Shown here: positions 15,835 through 25,402 of the stretch, piece after piece | How positions within the stretch are numbered: position 1 is the stretch's first letter | How the letters are laid out: each line of letters opens with the position of its first letter | The notes under the pieces: generated by a model | Databases searched by the model: none | Told to the model about the DNA's origin: nothing | What the model saw: only the letters and a program-made list of their open reading frames with translations | Translations under genes and position numbers: made by a program | Origin: Candidatus Micrarchaeota archaeon | GTDB lineage: Archaea > Micrarchaeota > Micrarchaeia > Norongarragalinales > SBBD01 | Length of the DNA stretch: 39,283 nt | Reading direction: 5' to 3' | Assembly: GCA_043813365.1 (NCBI GenBank) | Contig: JBDRLB010000046.1 | Coordinates: 1 to 39,283, forward strand

Positions 15835-18800
15835 TCATTTGGAAAGTTTCTTCTCGATTTCCGCTATCTTGCGGTCATAACGCCGTTTCAGCTCGCTGTA
15901 AGCCGATTGGGAAATGGACCCGTCCTCAAGCTCCTCCTCTAGCAGGCGGAGGGTGCGCATGATCTTCGACTTCTCCTTTTCCAGCGAGTCCTTATCGGTC
16001 TTCTGCATCACTTCGGCGACTTTTTCAATCACTCCTGGCGACTCCTTCTTTTCTGCAGGCTCCTGCTTGCGCCTCTTCCTAACGAACCAGAAGACGAGCA
16101 CGCCCATGCCGGTGCCGACAAACCCCATTGCTATTGTGATCCAGCTTGGAAGCTGCGCATAGGCGGGCGGCAGGAATGGGGCTGAAATCAGCGCCCCCCT
16201 TCCTTTCGAGAGCAGCGTGTCTGCGATCTGCGCATTGCTTTGCGCATCGTCCATTTCCTCGTTGCGCAGGTTGTCCTCTGCAGCTGAAATGTACTTGTTG
16301 GCCTCCTCAATGGCACGCCATGCCTCCGTAAGGTCCTTCCCCAGCTTCTCGGCCTCCTTTGCATCGTTCGCCAAAGTCTGCGAGCGTTCCTTCAGGCGCT
16401 GGATCTGGTATTCGATCATTGCAAGCTTCGACTCGAAAATTGCCACGTCGAAGCGCGCCTCATCCTTCCTTTCGGAGGAGACCGCGATTACGCGCACCTT
16501 CTTCACCGAGGTTTTTTCCGTTGTCGGGGCCGTGATCCTTATCACGAAGGTGGCAACATCACCGGGCGCAAGTGCATTGATCCTCGAGGGCAGTATTTCA
16601 AGCCACGCAAGGGGTATGCCAGCAAGCGTTACTGTGAGGTTGTGGAGAAGCACAAGCCCTGTATTTTTCACTTGGATTTTCGGGTATTTTATTTCGCCAG
16701 CCTGCATGGAAATTTCCTCGGGGTAGCTGATGATCTGCATTCCCGAATAGTCCCTGAACGGCGGCGCAGAAGCGGAAGGCGGAAGCGTAACTACGGCTCC
16801 GCTGGGAGGAAGCGTCGCAACGCCCTGCTGGCCGCCGGTTGCGGGAGTGGCAGTTGCCGCCGGCCTTTGCGCAACCTCGAAAGTATATGCGACATCAATT
16901 GGCGGTTTTATCAGGTCGTATGTCACGCGGCCATGGATTGTATATGTTCCCGGAGGCTGGGAGGTGAAGATGTATGCGCTCCTCAAAACAGATGTATTTT
17001 GGAATGCGGGGGTGAGCACCGCTTCTGAGCCGTAAAACCAAGTCTGGCTCCCATCAGTCACCCAGTATTCAAGGGTCACATCCTGCGTAACCTCGCCCTT
17101 GTTTTCCATCACTGCCCGGAAATCAAGGTAATCGCCGGCATAAACACGGCTCTCGAGCAGTTCCAAGCGGATATCATACGGCCCTCCCTGTGAAACCCTG
17201 AACGGCTTCAGCTTGAAAATGGTGCCCGCATCGCGGCTGGCGCTTATCTGCGCATAGTAATTGCCAGTTGAAGTGTTCACACCCATTGCATAATTGTACA
17301 GGTAATAGCCCGTTGATTGCCTTGTTAGGCTCGAAAGCCCTACTGCAAAGTAAGTGTTGCCAGCAGGATCGATGACAGTTAGATTAAGCGAACTTGGGTC
17401 CAGCGGCTGCCCATCGCCGGCATAAACGATCATCCGGAAAGTCATCACACTGCTCGGGTACCACACGAAGGAGGTTTCCACATCGGCGTACAGCGAGGAA
17501 GAAATTCTGAAAAGAGCGAGGTTGCGCGTGAAATAGCTTCCCCGGACCGCATTGAGCTCCGCACGGTAAACTCCCGATGAGGCGTTTGCGGGAGCAGTGA
17601 ATTTGTAGAAATAAAGGCCGGTTGAAGAGTGGTTGATGTCTGAAAAATTGACGAAGGAATAGATGCTCTCGTTCGGCGAATAAATGGTTATGTTCATATA
17701 GTCCGGGTCAAGCGGCGCACCGTTCACATCATAAACATTTATCGCAAGCTCGATCGTGTCGCCCCCAAAGAACAAATCCCCGGAAGTGAAATCCGTGAGC
17801 AGACCGGAGAATGTGACGTTGCTCGATCCTCCCGAGGAATCCACTACAAGGAAGGTGGAGTTGGATGTGTCGGACATGAGCTGCGATGCATTGCCATCAT
17901 AATATGCGGATGCGGAATAAATTGTCCAGTTGCCTAGAGCGCCGTCCGGAGTGATGTAATGGGTGGGAAGCGGCTCAGCAATCCCGGAAACGGACGTCAC
18001 ATAGGAATTGTTGAAGACGAGGACGCCGTTGGCATCGCGGATCCATACCGTTGCGTTCGCATTCTGCAAAGGAAGCCCGCCGAAATCCTGCGCCCTGAAA
18101 TATATTGAGGCGGTTGAACCGCGCGCATACGTGCCGGAGAGAGTTGAAACCGAGGAAGCGAGTATCGGGTATGCATAGAACGTGCCCGTTGAAGTGCCGT
18201 TCACATCCACATTGTCGAATGCAATTGAAGTGACAGAGTAATCCCCATGCAAAGCGGTGCTTCCGGTTGTGTTCGGATAATTGCCGCGCCATTGCGTTAT
18301 GTTCCCGGAGGAATTGTAAGTTGTTTCAAAAAGGTAGAGGATGACTTGTGTGGTTGTGCCGTTGGGCATCGATACAAGGGCGGTCGCGTTGTTGATGCCC
18401 ACGAGATTCGAATCCGTCACATTCATATCGAATTGCACGGATTGCAAATTCTGTATTATCAATGGGGAAATCGTAAGCGATGATGGTATCGATTGGAAAG
18501 GCACAAGCGCCACTCTTATTGTGCGGTTTTCTGGGAAGGAATTGCTTGCTGTTGCGTTTACAACGAACGTCGCGTTGTACATGATTTTAGGCTGGCCTGA
18601 AATATTGTAGGTGATATTGAAGCTGAAGGAGGATTGCTTCTCGATGGAGAAGGAAGTTGCATTTGCTGTGGAGTAGTTTGCGGTTGCGGGGGTAACCGTG
18701 AAGTTCATGAAGGTGTTTCCGGTGTTGTTTACAGTAATGGTGCAAACTGTGCCCGCCTCCGGGCTCTCGGTCTTCTCGCAAGTCGCGGGATCGAGAGACC

Positions 18801-21800
18801 AGTCCCTGTCAACTGAAATCCCCAATTGCAAAATCAGTTCGGAATAGCCCGCATTCGTTGTGGAGATGTTAAGCGTCCCGTTCTCTATTGTTGGCTCGTA
18901 GAACGCGGGGACGGTGACGTTTATCTGCACAACTTGCTGCGAGCCCGCTGCAATGGAGGAGAGGTTCTGTGGCCCGAATGTAATTGTGAAGTTGGGCAGT
19001 CCCGTTAGGCTGACATTCACATCTTGCAATTGGTAATTCCCTCTGGAAAGGATCGTGAAGTTGCCTGTAATGGTCGTGTTGCCGTGGGTGGCATTCACAG
19101 AAAGGAACGCCTGCGCCAATTCCAGGATGGGATTTTGTGTCACCGTGATGTTTATTACAGAAGTGTTGGCGGAATTGCCGATGTCCTCATTGTTCCAGAC
19201 TGCGCTTACATTTACAAGGTAGGTTCCGGGAGCTGTTGTATTCAAGACGGTTATGATGAATGCGCTAGTGCAGTTTCCCCCTACGGTAAGATTGCCGCAT
19301 TGGTAGAGGGAAGAATTGGAAGAGATGCCGGCCGGCGCCTGGATGGTGATGTTTGTCCTTGCTGCGGTGCAGTTGCCGAAGTTTGTCAGGTTTACTTGTA
19401 TCTCGAAGGTCTGGTTTTGCGTCTGTGTGATGTTGTCTGCCGTGAAATTCAATGGATTCGTGCTGATTGATACGTTCGCCCCGGAAATTGAAAGGTTGAG
19501 CATTATGGAATCGTTCCCTCCGTCAGAGGAAGTGATGTTGATGATTCCCATGTAATCGCCGCTTGCATGGGAGGTGGGAACGGTTACGTTTATCTGGATG
19601 GATTGCTGCCCGCCTGCTGAAAGGGAGGAATAGTTTGCGGGGATGAATACGAATGTCAAGCCCGGAAGATCCTGCACCGAGAAAGTTATGTTGCGAACCG
19701 CGTCGTTTCCAAGGGAGTTCAGCGTGAAATTCCCGATGCGTTTAGTCAGCCCCTGCCCGGCTACATTGTACAGCATTGTTTCCAAGACATCAAGGAGGGG
19801 ATTGGATGTCACGTTGACAATAGTTTGGGAAGTATTGGATGCGAGGGTCAGGTCCGGGTTCTGCCAATGAAAGGTTGCGTTCGCATAGTAGATTCCGGGA
19901 ACCGTGCGGTTTGAAACCGTGATCGTGAAGTTTGCTGAACACGTCTGGCCCACGCTAACATTATTGCATGCAAAGGTGAGGCTCGTTGCGCTCCAATTGC
20001 CCGGCAAGGTCAGGGTGAAATTCGCTAAGTTTGCCGACCCGTTGCCGGTGTTCGTAGCATTCATATTAATTGAGAAATTATAGTTCTGTAAAAGCGTGAT
20101 ATTGGTGACTGTTAGGTTGTTGGGGAAGTTGTAGACGGTAATGTTCGTTTTGGCTGCTTCCGAGGTGAAATTTGCGGAAATATTGACGAAGTTGCCAGCA
20201 TAAGTTGCGTTGCAGAAGAGCGTGTAATTGATCGGCAGGGACGGGGACTGGATGCTGATGGAATACGTGCCGTTGCCGTAGTCTGTAGAGGCGTTGATGA
20301 AATAGTTGCATGCAAGTGCTGCGCCGGATACCGGAAGGTCTACTCGGTAATTCCTCAGGAAAAGGGTCGCATTCACAAACCGGTCAACAAGCCCGAAGGG
20401 ATTGAATATCACGATTGTAAGGTTGTAATCGTCGGTGACGTTGAAAGCAGTTGAATTCATTGAAAGGAGGAGCTCGTCCGGGCCATATAGTTTCGCAGTG
20501 ATATTCCACTGCCCCAAAGCTGCTCCGGTTGACAGGGTGAAATTCGCGGAGAACAGCTTGTCGCCTGCGGCGCCGTCGCCATGGAGCCCGTCATCAAACA
20601 ACGTAATATTGTAATCATCGGCGGGGTTGGCGGTGCCGTTGTCTATTGTTGCATTCACCGAGCCCGTGAAATTGTAGAAATCCTGCGTCACATTTACGGT
20701 CAATATCACGGTTTCATTGCGGTTGAAGATGGTGACGTTCGTGTTAATGGAGAAATTCGCCTTCCAAGCCTCCAACGAAGCATTGAGCGCAAACGGGTCC
20801 AATAAGCCGAGGCTCAGGTTTTTTAGCGCAAGGATGTCTCCTGTAGTGTCGTTGAATTTCAGGATGGCGCTCTCCTGTATCGAATTGCCGGCAGCTATGG
20901 TTGTGGTCGAGAGGTTGATTCCTGCCCTGTCGGAAATGTTTATTGCAAGGAAATTCGCAGTTCCGTTCTGCCCCAGGTTCACGAAGCCGACACCGAGCGA
21001 GTTGCTCGAATCAGCTGAGTGCGACCAGGAAAACGGCTCCGATGTGTTCTGCTGGCCGATGTAATCCGCACCGAACGCTCTTGCAGCTTCAAATGCAATA
21101 GCGCCCGCCTCGGTGGAGCTCCTGGTGATTCCAGCTGCGGCGATGTTCGTGAGGTTCTGCTCGATCACTATCCAGTTGCTTGAGTTGTAGAATTTGTATT
21201 TCTTCACCAGGTAAGCTTCTCCGGTTGCTGCATCCGGATCGCCCCAGAGGGTTTCCGCCCCACGCAAAATTGCGGTTATCCTTACCGGGCCAACTATGAA
21301 CTCCATGTTCCCAGAGAAATTGAACGAGAAGTTGCTCGTGCCGTTGGTATATTCGGAATATTCGAAGGTTTTCTCGCCAGCAGCAGCCAAGAACATTGGA
21401 TTGAAGCCCTCCACATGGTAAAGCCCGGATGAATTTTCGCCTCTCGCGGTGTCCACATACCATTGCAGCAGGGAGTTGTTCACGCTGAAATCGCTTGCCG
21501 TATTGGAAAGCGAAAGGGGAGACGTATAGCTTACTGGGGGTTTGATGCGGTTCCCTATTGTGTCAAAGTATGCGTAGTAAAGCCGGGTGCTGTATTGCGG
21601 AGTGTAGCCGCTTGCAATGAATACCAGCTCGCCGACTGCATTGTCAATGTAGTTGTAGCCGCTTTCCGAATCTAACTGGAAAGGCACCTCGGAGAGGATG
21701 CTTCCGCTGGTGGCGTTGTACTCGAAAACCCTCAGGGACTGGTTGTCGAAGGATAAATTCTGGCTGCCTGCTTGCCGCAAGAGATCGGTAAAATTCAGGC

Positions 21801-22053
21801 GTATCTCTATCGGATGGTCGATGCGGGGAATTGTCGATGCATTGAATTCCAGCCGTTGCCTGTAATGCCATGTGGAATTGTACCACTCATCAACTGCATT
21901 CGCATGCGGAAGAAAGATCAGCAATACTAGGAATACTGCAACCAATGACGTGCTTCTTAGATTCACTCTGGACTTACCTCCTTTGCCCCTTCTACCAGGG
22001 GCACGAAAAAATGAATGCGGAATCCTTAAAGAAGGTATTGATATTGCAGCCAT
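15835..22053 (-). CDS. Large (~2070 aa) type I membrane surface glycoprotein with Ig-like (CARDB/NEW3/MG2-like) domains, coiled coil and cytoplasmic tail
   Basis: Long basic signal peptide ending PHANA; WYNSTWHYRQR N-terminal motif; LFDDGLHGDGAAGD motif; duplicated two-domain unit (NPLLDV...QINVTVP / NPILEL...QINVTVP) and duplicated GxPLDP modules; coiled coil; TM WITIAMGFVGTGMGVLVFWFV followed by RKRRK; tail ISQSAYSELKRRY. ATG at 22053 preferred over TTG at 22086. Confidence 0.88.
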   Translation of the reverse strand: MAAISIPSLRIPHSFFRAPGRRGKGGKSRVNLRSTSLVAVFLVLLIFLPHANAVDEWYNSTWHYRQRLEFNASTIPRIDHPIEIRLNFTDLLRQAGSQNLSFDNQSLRVFEYNATSGSILSEVPFQLDSESGYNYIDNAVGELVFIASGYTPQYSTRLYYAYFDTIGNRIKPPVSYTSPLSLSNTASDFSVNNSLLQWYVDTARGENSSGLYHVEGFNPMFLAAAGEKTFEYSEYTNGTSNFSFNFSGNMEFIVGPVRITAILRGAETLWGDPDAATGEAYLVKKYKFYNSSNWIVIEQNLTNIAAAGITRSSTEAGAIAFEAARAFGADYIGQQNTSEPFSWSHSADSSNSLGVGFVNLGQNGTANFLAINISDRAGINLSTTTIAAGNSIQESAILKFNDTTGDILALKNLSLGLLDPFALNASLEAWKANFSINTNVTIFNRNETVILTVNVTQDFYNFTGSVNATIDNGTANPADDYNITLFDDGLHGDGAAGDKLFSANFTLSTGAALGQWNITAKLYGPDELLLSMNSTAFNVTDDYNLTIVIFNPFGLVDRFVNATLFLRNYRVDLPVSGAALACNYFINASTDYGNGTYSISIQSPSLPINYTLFCNATYAGNFVNISANFTSEAAKTNITVYNFPNNLTVTNITLLQNYNFSINMNATNTGNGSANLANFTLTLPGNWSATSLTFACNNVSVGQTCSANFTITVSNRTVPGIYYANATFHWQNPDLTLASNTSQTIVNVTSNPLLDVLETMLYNVAGQGLTKRIGNFTLNSLGNDAVRNITFSVQDLPGLTFVFIPANYSSLSAGGQQSIQINVTVPTSHASGDYMGIINITSSDGGNDSIMLNLSISGANVSISTNPLNFTADNITQTQNQTFEIQVNLTNFGNCTAARTNITIQAPAGISSNSSLYQCGNLTVGGNCTSAFIITVLNTTAPGTYLVNVSAVWNNEDIGNSANTSVINITVTQNPILELAQAFLSVNATHGNTTITGNFTILSRGNYQLQDVNVSLTGLPNFTITFGPQNLSSIAAGSQQVVQINVTVPAFYEPTIENGTLNISTTNAGYSELILQLGISVDRDWSLDPATCEKTESPEAGTVCTITVNNTGNTFMNFTVTPATANYSTANATSFSIEKQSSFSFNITYNISGQPKIMYNATFVVNATASNSFPENRTIRVALVPFQSIPSSLTISPLIIQNLQSVQFDMNVTDSNLVGINNATALVSMPNGTTTQVILYLFETTYNSSGNITQWRGNYPNTTGSTALHGDYSVTSIAFDNVDVNGTSTGTFYAYPILASSVSTLSGTYARGSTASIYFRAQDFGGLPLQNANATVWIRDANGVLVFNNSYVTSVSGIAEPLPTHYITPDGALGNWTIYSASAYYDGNASQLMSDTSNSTFLVVDSSGGSSNVTFSGLLTDFTSGDLFFGGDTIELAINVYDVNGAPLDPDYMNITIYSPNESIYSFVNFSDINHSSTGLYFYKFTAPANASSGVYRAELNAVRGSYFTRNLALFRISSSLYADVETSFVWYPSSVMTFRMIVYAGDGQPLDPSSLNLTVIDPAGNTYFAVGLSSLTRQSTGYYLYNYAMGVNTSTGNYYAQISASRDAGTIFKLKPFRVSQGGPYDIRLELLESRVYAGDYLDFRAVMENKGEVTQDVTLEYWVTDGSQTWFYGSEAVLTPAFQNTSVLRSAYIFTSQPPGTYTIHGRVTYDLIKPPIDVAYTFEVAQRPAATATPATGGQQGVATLPPSGAVVTLPPSASAPPFRDYSGMQIISYPEEISMQAGEIKYPKIQVKNTGLVLLHNLTVTLAGIPLAWLEILPSRINALAPGDVATFVIRITAPTTEKTSVKKVRVIAVSSERKDEARFDVAIFESKLAMIEYQIQRLKERSQTLANDAKEAEKLGKDLTEAWRAIEEANKYISAAEDNLRNEEMDDAQSNAQIADTLLSKGRGALISAPFLPPAYAQLPSWITIAMGFVGTGMGVLVFWFVRKRRKQEPAEKKESPGVIEKVAEVMQKTDKDSLEKEKSKIMRTLRLLEEELEDGSISQSAYSELKRRYDRKIAEIEKKLSK

Positions 22054-22227
22054 GCGGCTCCGATAAAATGCGGCGCGGGTCCGCAATTGTTTTCCTGAAA
22101 AAATTGCCTTCTGTTCCGGCGGGTTGAGAATTCCCTTCCGTTTAGGCTTATCTTCCTTCCCGCAATCAGTTAGGTATAAATACGGAAATGCGCATAACTC
22201 TTCTTTCGTTTTTCGGGGTGCGGTAAT

Positions 22228-23826
22228 TTGACAAAGTTCATCTTCGTTACGGGCGGGGTTTTGTCTTCCCTAGGGAAGGGCACCATTGTCGCATCCATTG
22301 GAAGGATTCTCAAGATGGCCGGCGTCAAGGTTTCCGCAATGAAAATTGACCCCTACTTGAATTGCGATGCGGGCACTTTAAACCCGTATGAGCACGGCGA
22401 GGTATTCGTCACGCGCGACGGCTTCGAGTGCGACCTTGATTTGGGGAATTACGAGCGCTTCCTAGATATTTTCGCCACCAGGGAGCAGAACATGATGATG
22501 GGCAGCGTTTACAAGGAAGTTGTTGAGAAGGAGCGCAAGGGGGAATTTTTGGGAACCACCATACAGCTTATCCCGCATGCTACTAACGCGATAAAGGCGA
22601 GGATACGGAATGCCGCAAAAGTCACGGGCGCGGATGTGCTGGTTGTTGAAATAGGCGGCACCGTGGGGGATATTGAGAGCGACGTTGTGTTCGAGGCTGC
22701 AAGGCAGATGCGTTTTGAGAATGGCGAATCACCTTCCGTGCTCTTTGTCCACCTTGCATTGGTCCCGCGGATCACTACCAACGAGCACAAGACAAAGCCG
22801 ATGCAGCATTCCGTGAAGGCGCTTCTTAGCAGGGGGGTCACACCGGATGTGCTCATCGCAAGATCCGACGTGATGATAAATGAAAGCATCAAGAAAAAAA
22901 TCGCGCTGATGTGCAATGTCCTTCCCGATTCGGTATTCTGCTCGCCGAATTTGGATAACATATATAAATTGCCTTCCTACCTCAGGGACCAGGGGTTGAG
23001 GGACGTAATCGCGAAGAAGCTGGAGCTGAAGTTGAAAAAGGAAGGAAAGGATGAATGGGAGGAGCTCATCAATAAATGGGAAGGCTCGAAGGAGGAAAGG
23101 CGCATCGCGGTTGTTGGGAAATATGCGCAGACAACCAAGGACACGTACATGAGCGTATTCGAGGCGCTGAAGCATGCGGCTGTGCATGCAGGCATCAAGG
23201 CACAGCTTGATTTGGTGAACTCCGAGGATGTGGAGAAGAATTTGATTGATTTGAAGAAATACCACGGCTTCCTGATACCCGGAGGGTATGGCTCGAGGGG
23301 AACGGAAGGGAAAATTTCAGTTATTAAATATGCGCGGGAAAACAACGTCCCTCTTCTCGGGATTTGCTACGGGCTTCAGCTGTCTGTGATCGAATTCTCC
23401 CGCCACATTTTGGGATTCCACGGAGCAAACTCGACTGAAATAGATGAGAAAACCAAGTATCCGGTCATTGATTTGCTTCCTGAACAGAAGGCAATTGATG
23501 AGAAGGGCGGCACCATGAGATTGGGGGCATACGATGTGCTGATCAATAAAAATACGAAAGCGCACGAGCTATACAAAAAGGAGCTCAGCAACGACATCAT
23601 TTTCAAGCGCTTCAGGCACCGATGGGAAGTGAATCCGGAATACGTTGCGAAGCTGGAAGCTGCGGGAATGGTGTTTTCCGGAAGGGATCCGAAGAGGGAA
23701 ATCATGAAAGTATTGGAGCTACCGAAGCACAAGTTCTTCATGGGCTGCCAGTACCATCCGGAATTCGATTCGAGGCTGGAAAGGCCGGAGCCCCTTTATT
23801 ACGGGTTCGTTAAGGCTACTCTTTGA
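22228..23826 (+). CDS. pyrG: CTP synthase
   Basis: TKFIFVTGGVLSSLGKG, KIDPYLN, GEVFVTRDG, glutaminase GICYG and YHPE motifs; TTG start with GGGGTG RBS. Confidence 0.98.
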   Translation: MTKFIFVTGGVLSSLGKGTIVASIGRILKMAGVKVSAMKIDPYLNCDAGTLNPYEHGEVFVTRDGFECDLDLGNYERFLDIFATREQNMMMGSVYKEVVEKERKGEFLGTTIQLIPHATNAIKARIRNAAKVTGADVLVVEIGGTVGDIESDVVFEAARQMRFENGESPSVLFVHLALVPRITTNEHKTKPMQHSVKALLSRGVTPDVLIARSDVMINESIKKKIALMCNVLPDSVFCSPNLDNIYKLPSYLRDQGLRDVIAKKLELKLKKEGKDEWEELINKWEGSKEERRIAVVGKYAQTTKDTYMSVFEALKHAAVHAGIKAQLDLVNSEDVEKNLIDLKKYHGFLIPGGYGSRGTEGKISVIKYARENNVPLLGICYGLQLSVIEFSRHILGFHGANSTEIDEKTKYPVIDLLPEQKAIDEKGGTMRLGAYDVLINKNTKAHELYKKELSNDIIFKRFRHRWEVNPEYVAKLEAAGMVFSGRDPKREIMKVLELPKHKFFMGCQYHPEFDSRLERPEPLYYGFVKATL

Positions 23827-23899
23827 TTGGCACGGAAATAAGGAATCCGAAAAGAGCATATTGCTGCAGCTAATTGCAAAAAAATAACAAAATAGGAAA

Positions 23900-24322
23900 T
23901 TACTTCTTCCTTCCCTTGTGCGTCTCAACCGCCTTCCGTATGAGGCCGCGGTGATGCTCCGATATTTGCTGCTCGAACTCCTCAACAGGGAAGATGATTT
24001 TACCGCTCTGGTAGATCATCAGCCCTAAAGTTGCAGCTCCCAACCAGAAGAAGAAACTAGCAAGCGGGCCCATCATCACCCCTACAAAATCCTGGAACTC
24101 GAAAATTTTTGCATCGGGCGAATCGCCTCCAATTGACCAGCCGAAGAGCTCGATCACTTTCGCGGGGTTGTATTGCGCTGCCTCCGCCTTGCTTGCAGTG
24201 ACGAACATCCCGTAGGAGGATTCACCAACCTTCAGCAAAGATGCTGCAAGAATGAAGATTCCGAAAAGTTTCAGCAGATGTATTGTCTGCCCGCCGATTT
24301 TGAACCACATGATTCTCCGCAT
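23900..24322 (-). CDS. Hypothetical two-TM membrane protein
   Basis: Two hydrophobic segments; AGGTGA RBS just upstream of the ATG at 24322. Confidence 0.75.
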   Translation of the reverse strand: MRRIMWFKIGGQTIHLLKLFGIFILAASLLKVGESSYGMFVTASKAEAAQYNPAKVIELFGWSIGGDSPDAKIFEFQDFVGVMMGPLASFFFWLGAATLGLMIYQSGKIIFPVEEFEQQISEHHRGLIRKAVETHKGRKK

Positions 24323-24453
24323 AATGCTCACCTTCTGTTGACTAAACCAATAATGAGCCGGAGTATTTAAGCTTTATCAAAATTAACCTCGAAGGGATGT
24401 GAACCCGGATCAAGCCGTATCTGATTATAAATTTTGGTCTTCTAGCTTGAACC

Positions 24454-25398
24454 ATGAAGAACGACTTGTATGCGCCGCGGCCTTCCCCTTGGAATAACAT
24501 ATTCAAATTCCTAGGCATATTGATGCTCCTGTTTTTGATTGTGGGAATATTCGCGCCTGCACCGGAGGGGGATTGCATCGCTCACATTAAAATTGCCGGG
24601 GAAATCACTTACGATGAAACGGGCTCCATACTTGGCGGAGGCGTTGCGAACACCCCTGAAGAAATAAGTTCCCTGCTCGATGATGCGGAAAGTGACGCGA
24701 AAGTGAAGGTGATTTTGCTGGAGGTCAATTCGCCCGGAGGCTCGGCTGTTGCAAGCAAGGAGATTTTCGACAGGGTAAGGGAGCTTGGAAAGCCGAACAT
24801 GGTTTACATGACTGAGGTGGCCGCTTCCGGAGGCTATTATGTGAGTGCCGCAAGCGATTACATCATTGCAAACCCCAATACGCTCACGGGCTCGATTGGC
24901 GCAAGGGGCTCCTTCATGAATTACGAGGACCTTTTCTCGAAGCTGGGGCTGCGGGAGGAGGTAATCAAGAGCGGCGCATTGAAGGATATCGGCTCCGGAT
25001 CGAGGAACCTCACGGAAAAGGAGAAGATAATTTTGCAGGGGCTCATAGATGAGACATTCGCAACTTTCAAGAAGGACGTGGAGGCAGGAAGGGATGGGAA
25101 AATAAATTTCGGCGTTTACAACGAGTATTTGGATGCGCGCATACTTACCGCATCTCAGGCAAAACGCGCCGGCCTGATTGATGAGATCGGGGGAATGAAA
25201 CGCGTCATTGAAAAGGCTAACCAGATGGCCGGCATCAATGTCACGGATGGAAGTGCACCCCTTCCCTTATGCGATTTCGAGCCTAAAGGCGGACTTAACT
25301 TATTCACGGACCTGGGAAGCAGCTTCGGGAAAAGCATTGCTGATGGGCTGATGAAGGGGATTTCAGAGAAGCAGGAAGTGCAGCTGAATTACAAATAA
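24454..25398 (+). CDS. sppA: Signal peptide peptidase SppA (S49, 36K type)
   Basis: N-terminal TM; NSPGGS, AASGGYY, TGSIG, KSGxxKD and GLIDEIG motifs. Confidence 0.95.
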   Translation: MKNDLYAPRPSPWNNIFKFLGILMLLFLIVGIFAPAPEGDCIAHIKIAGEITYDETGSILGGGVANTPEEISSLLDDAESDAKVKVILLEVNSPGGSAVASKEIFDRVRELGKPNMVYMTEVAASGGYYVSAASDYIIANPNTLTGSIGARGSFMNYEDLFSKLGLREEVIKSGALKDIGSGSRNLTEKEKIILQGLIDETFATFKKDVEAGRDGKINFGVYNEYLDARILTASQAKRAGLIDEIGGMKRVIEKANQMAGINVTDGSAPLPLCDFEPKGGLNLFTDLGSSFGKSIADGLMKGISEKQEVQLNYK

Positions 25399-25402
25399 AA
25401 AA

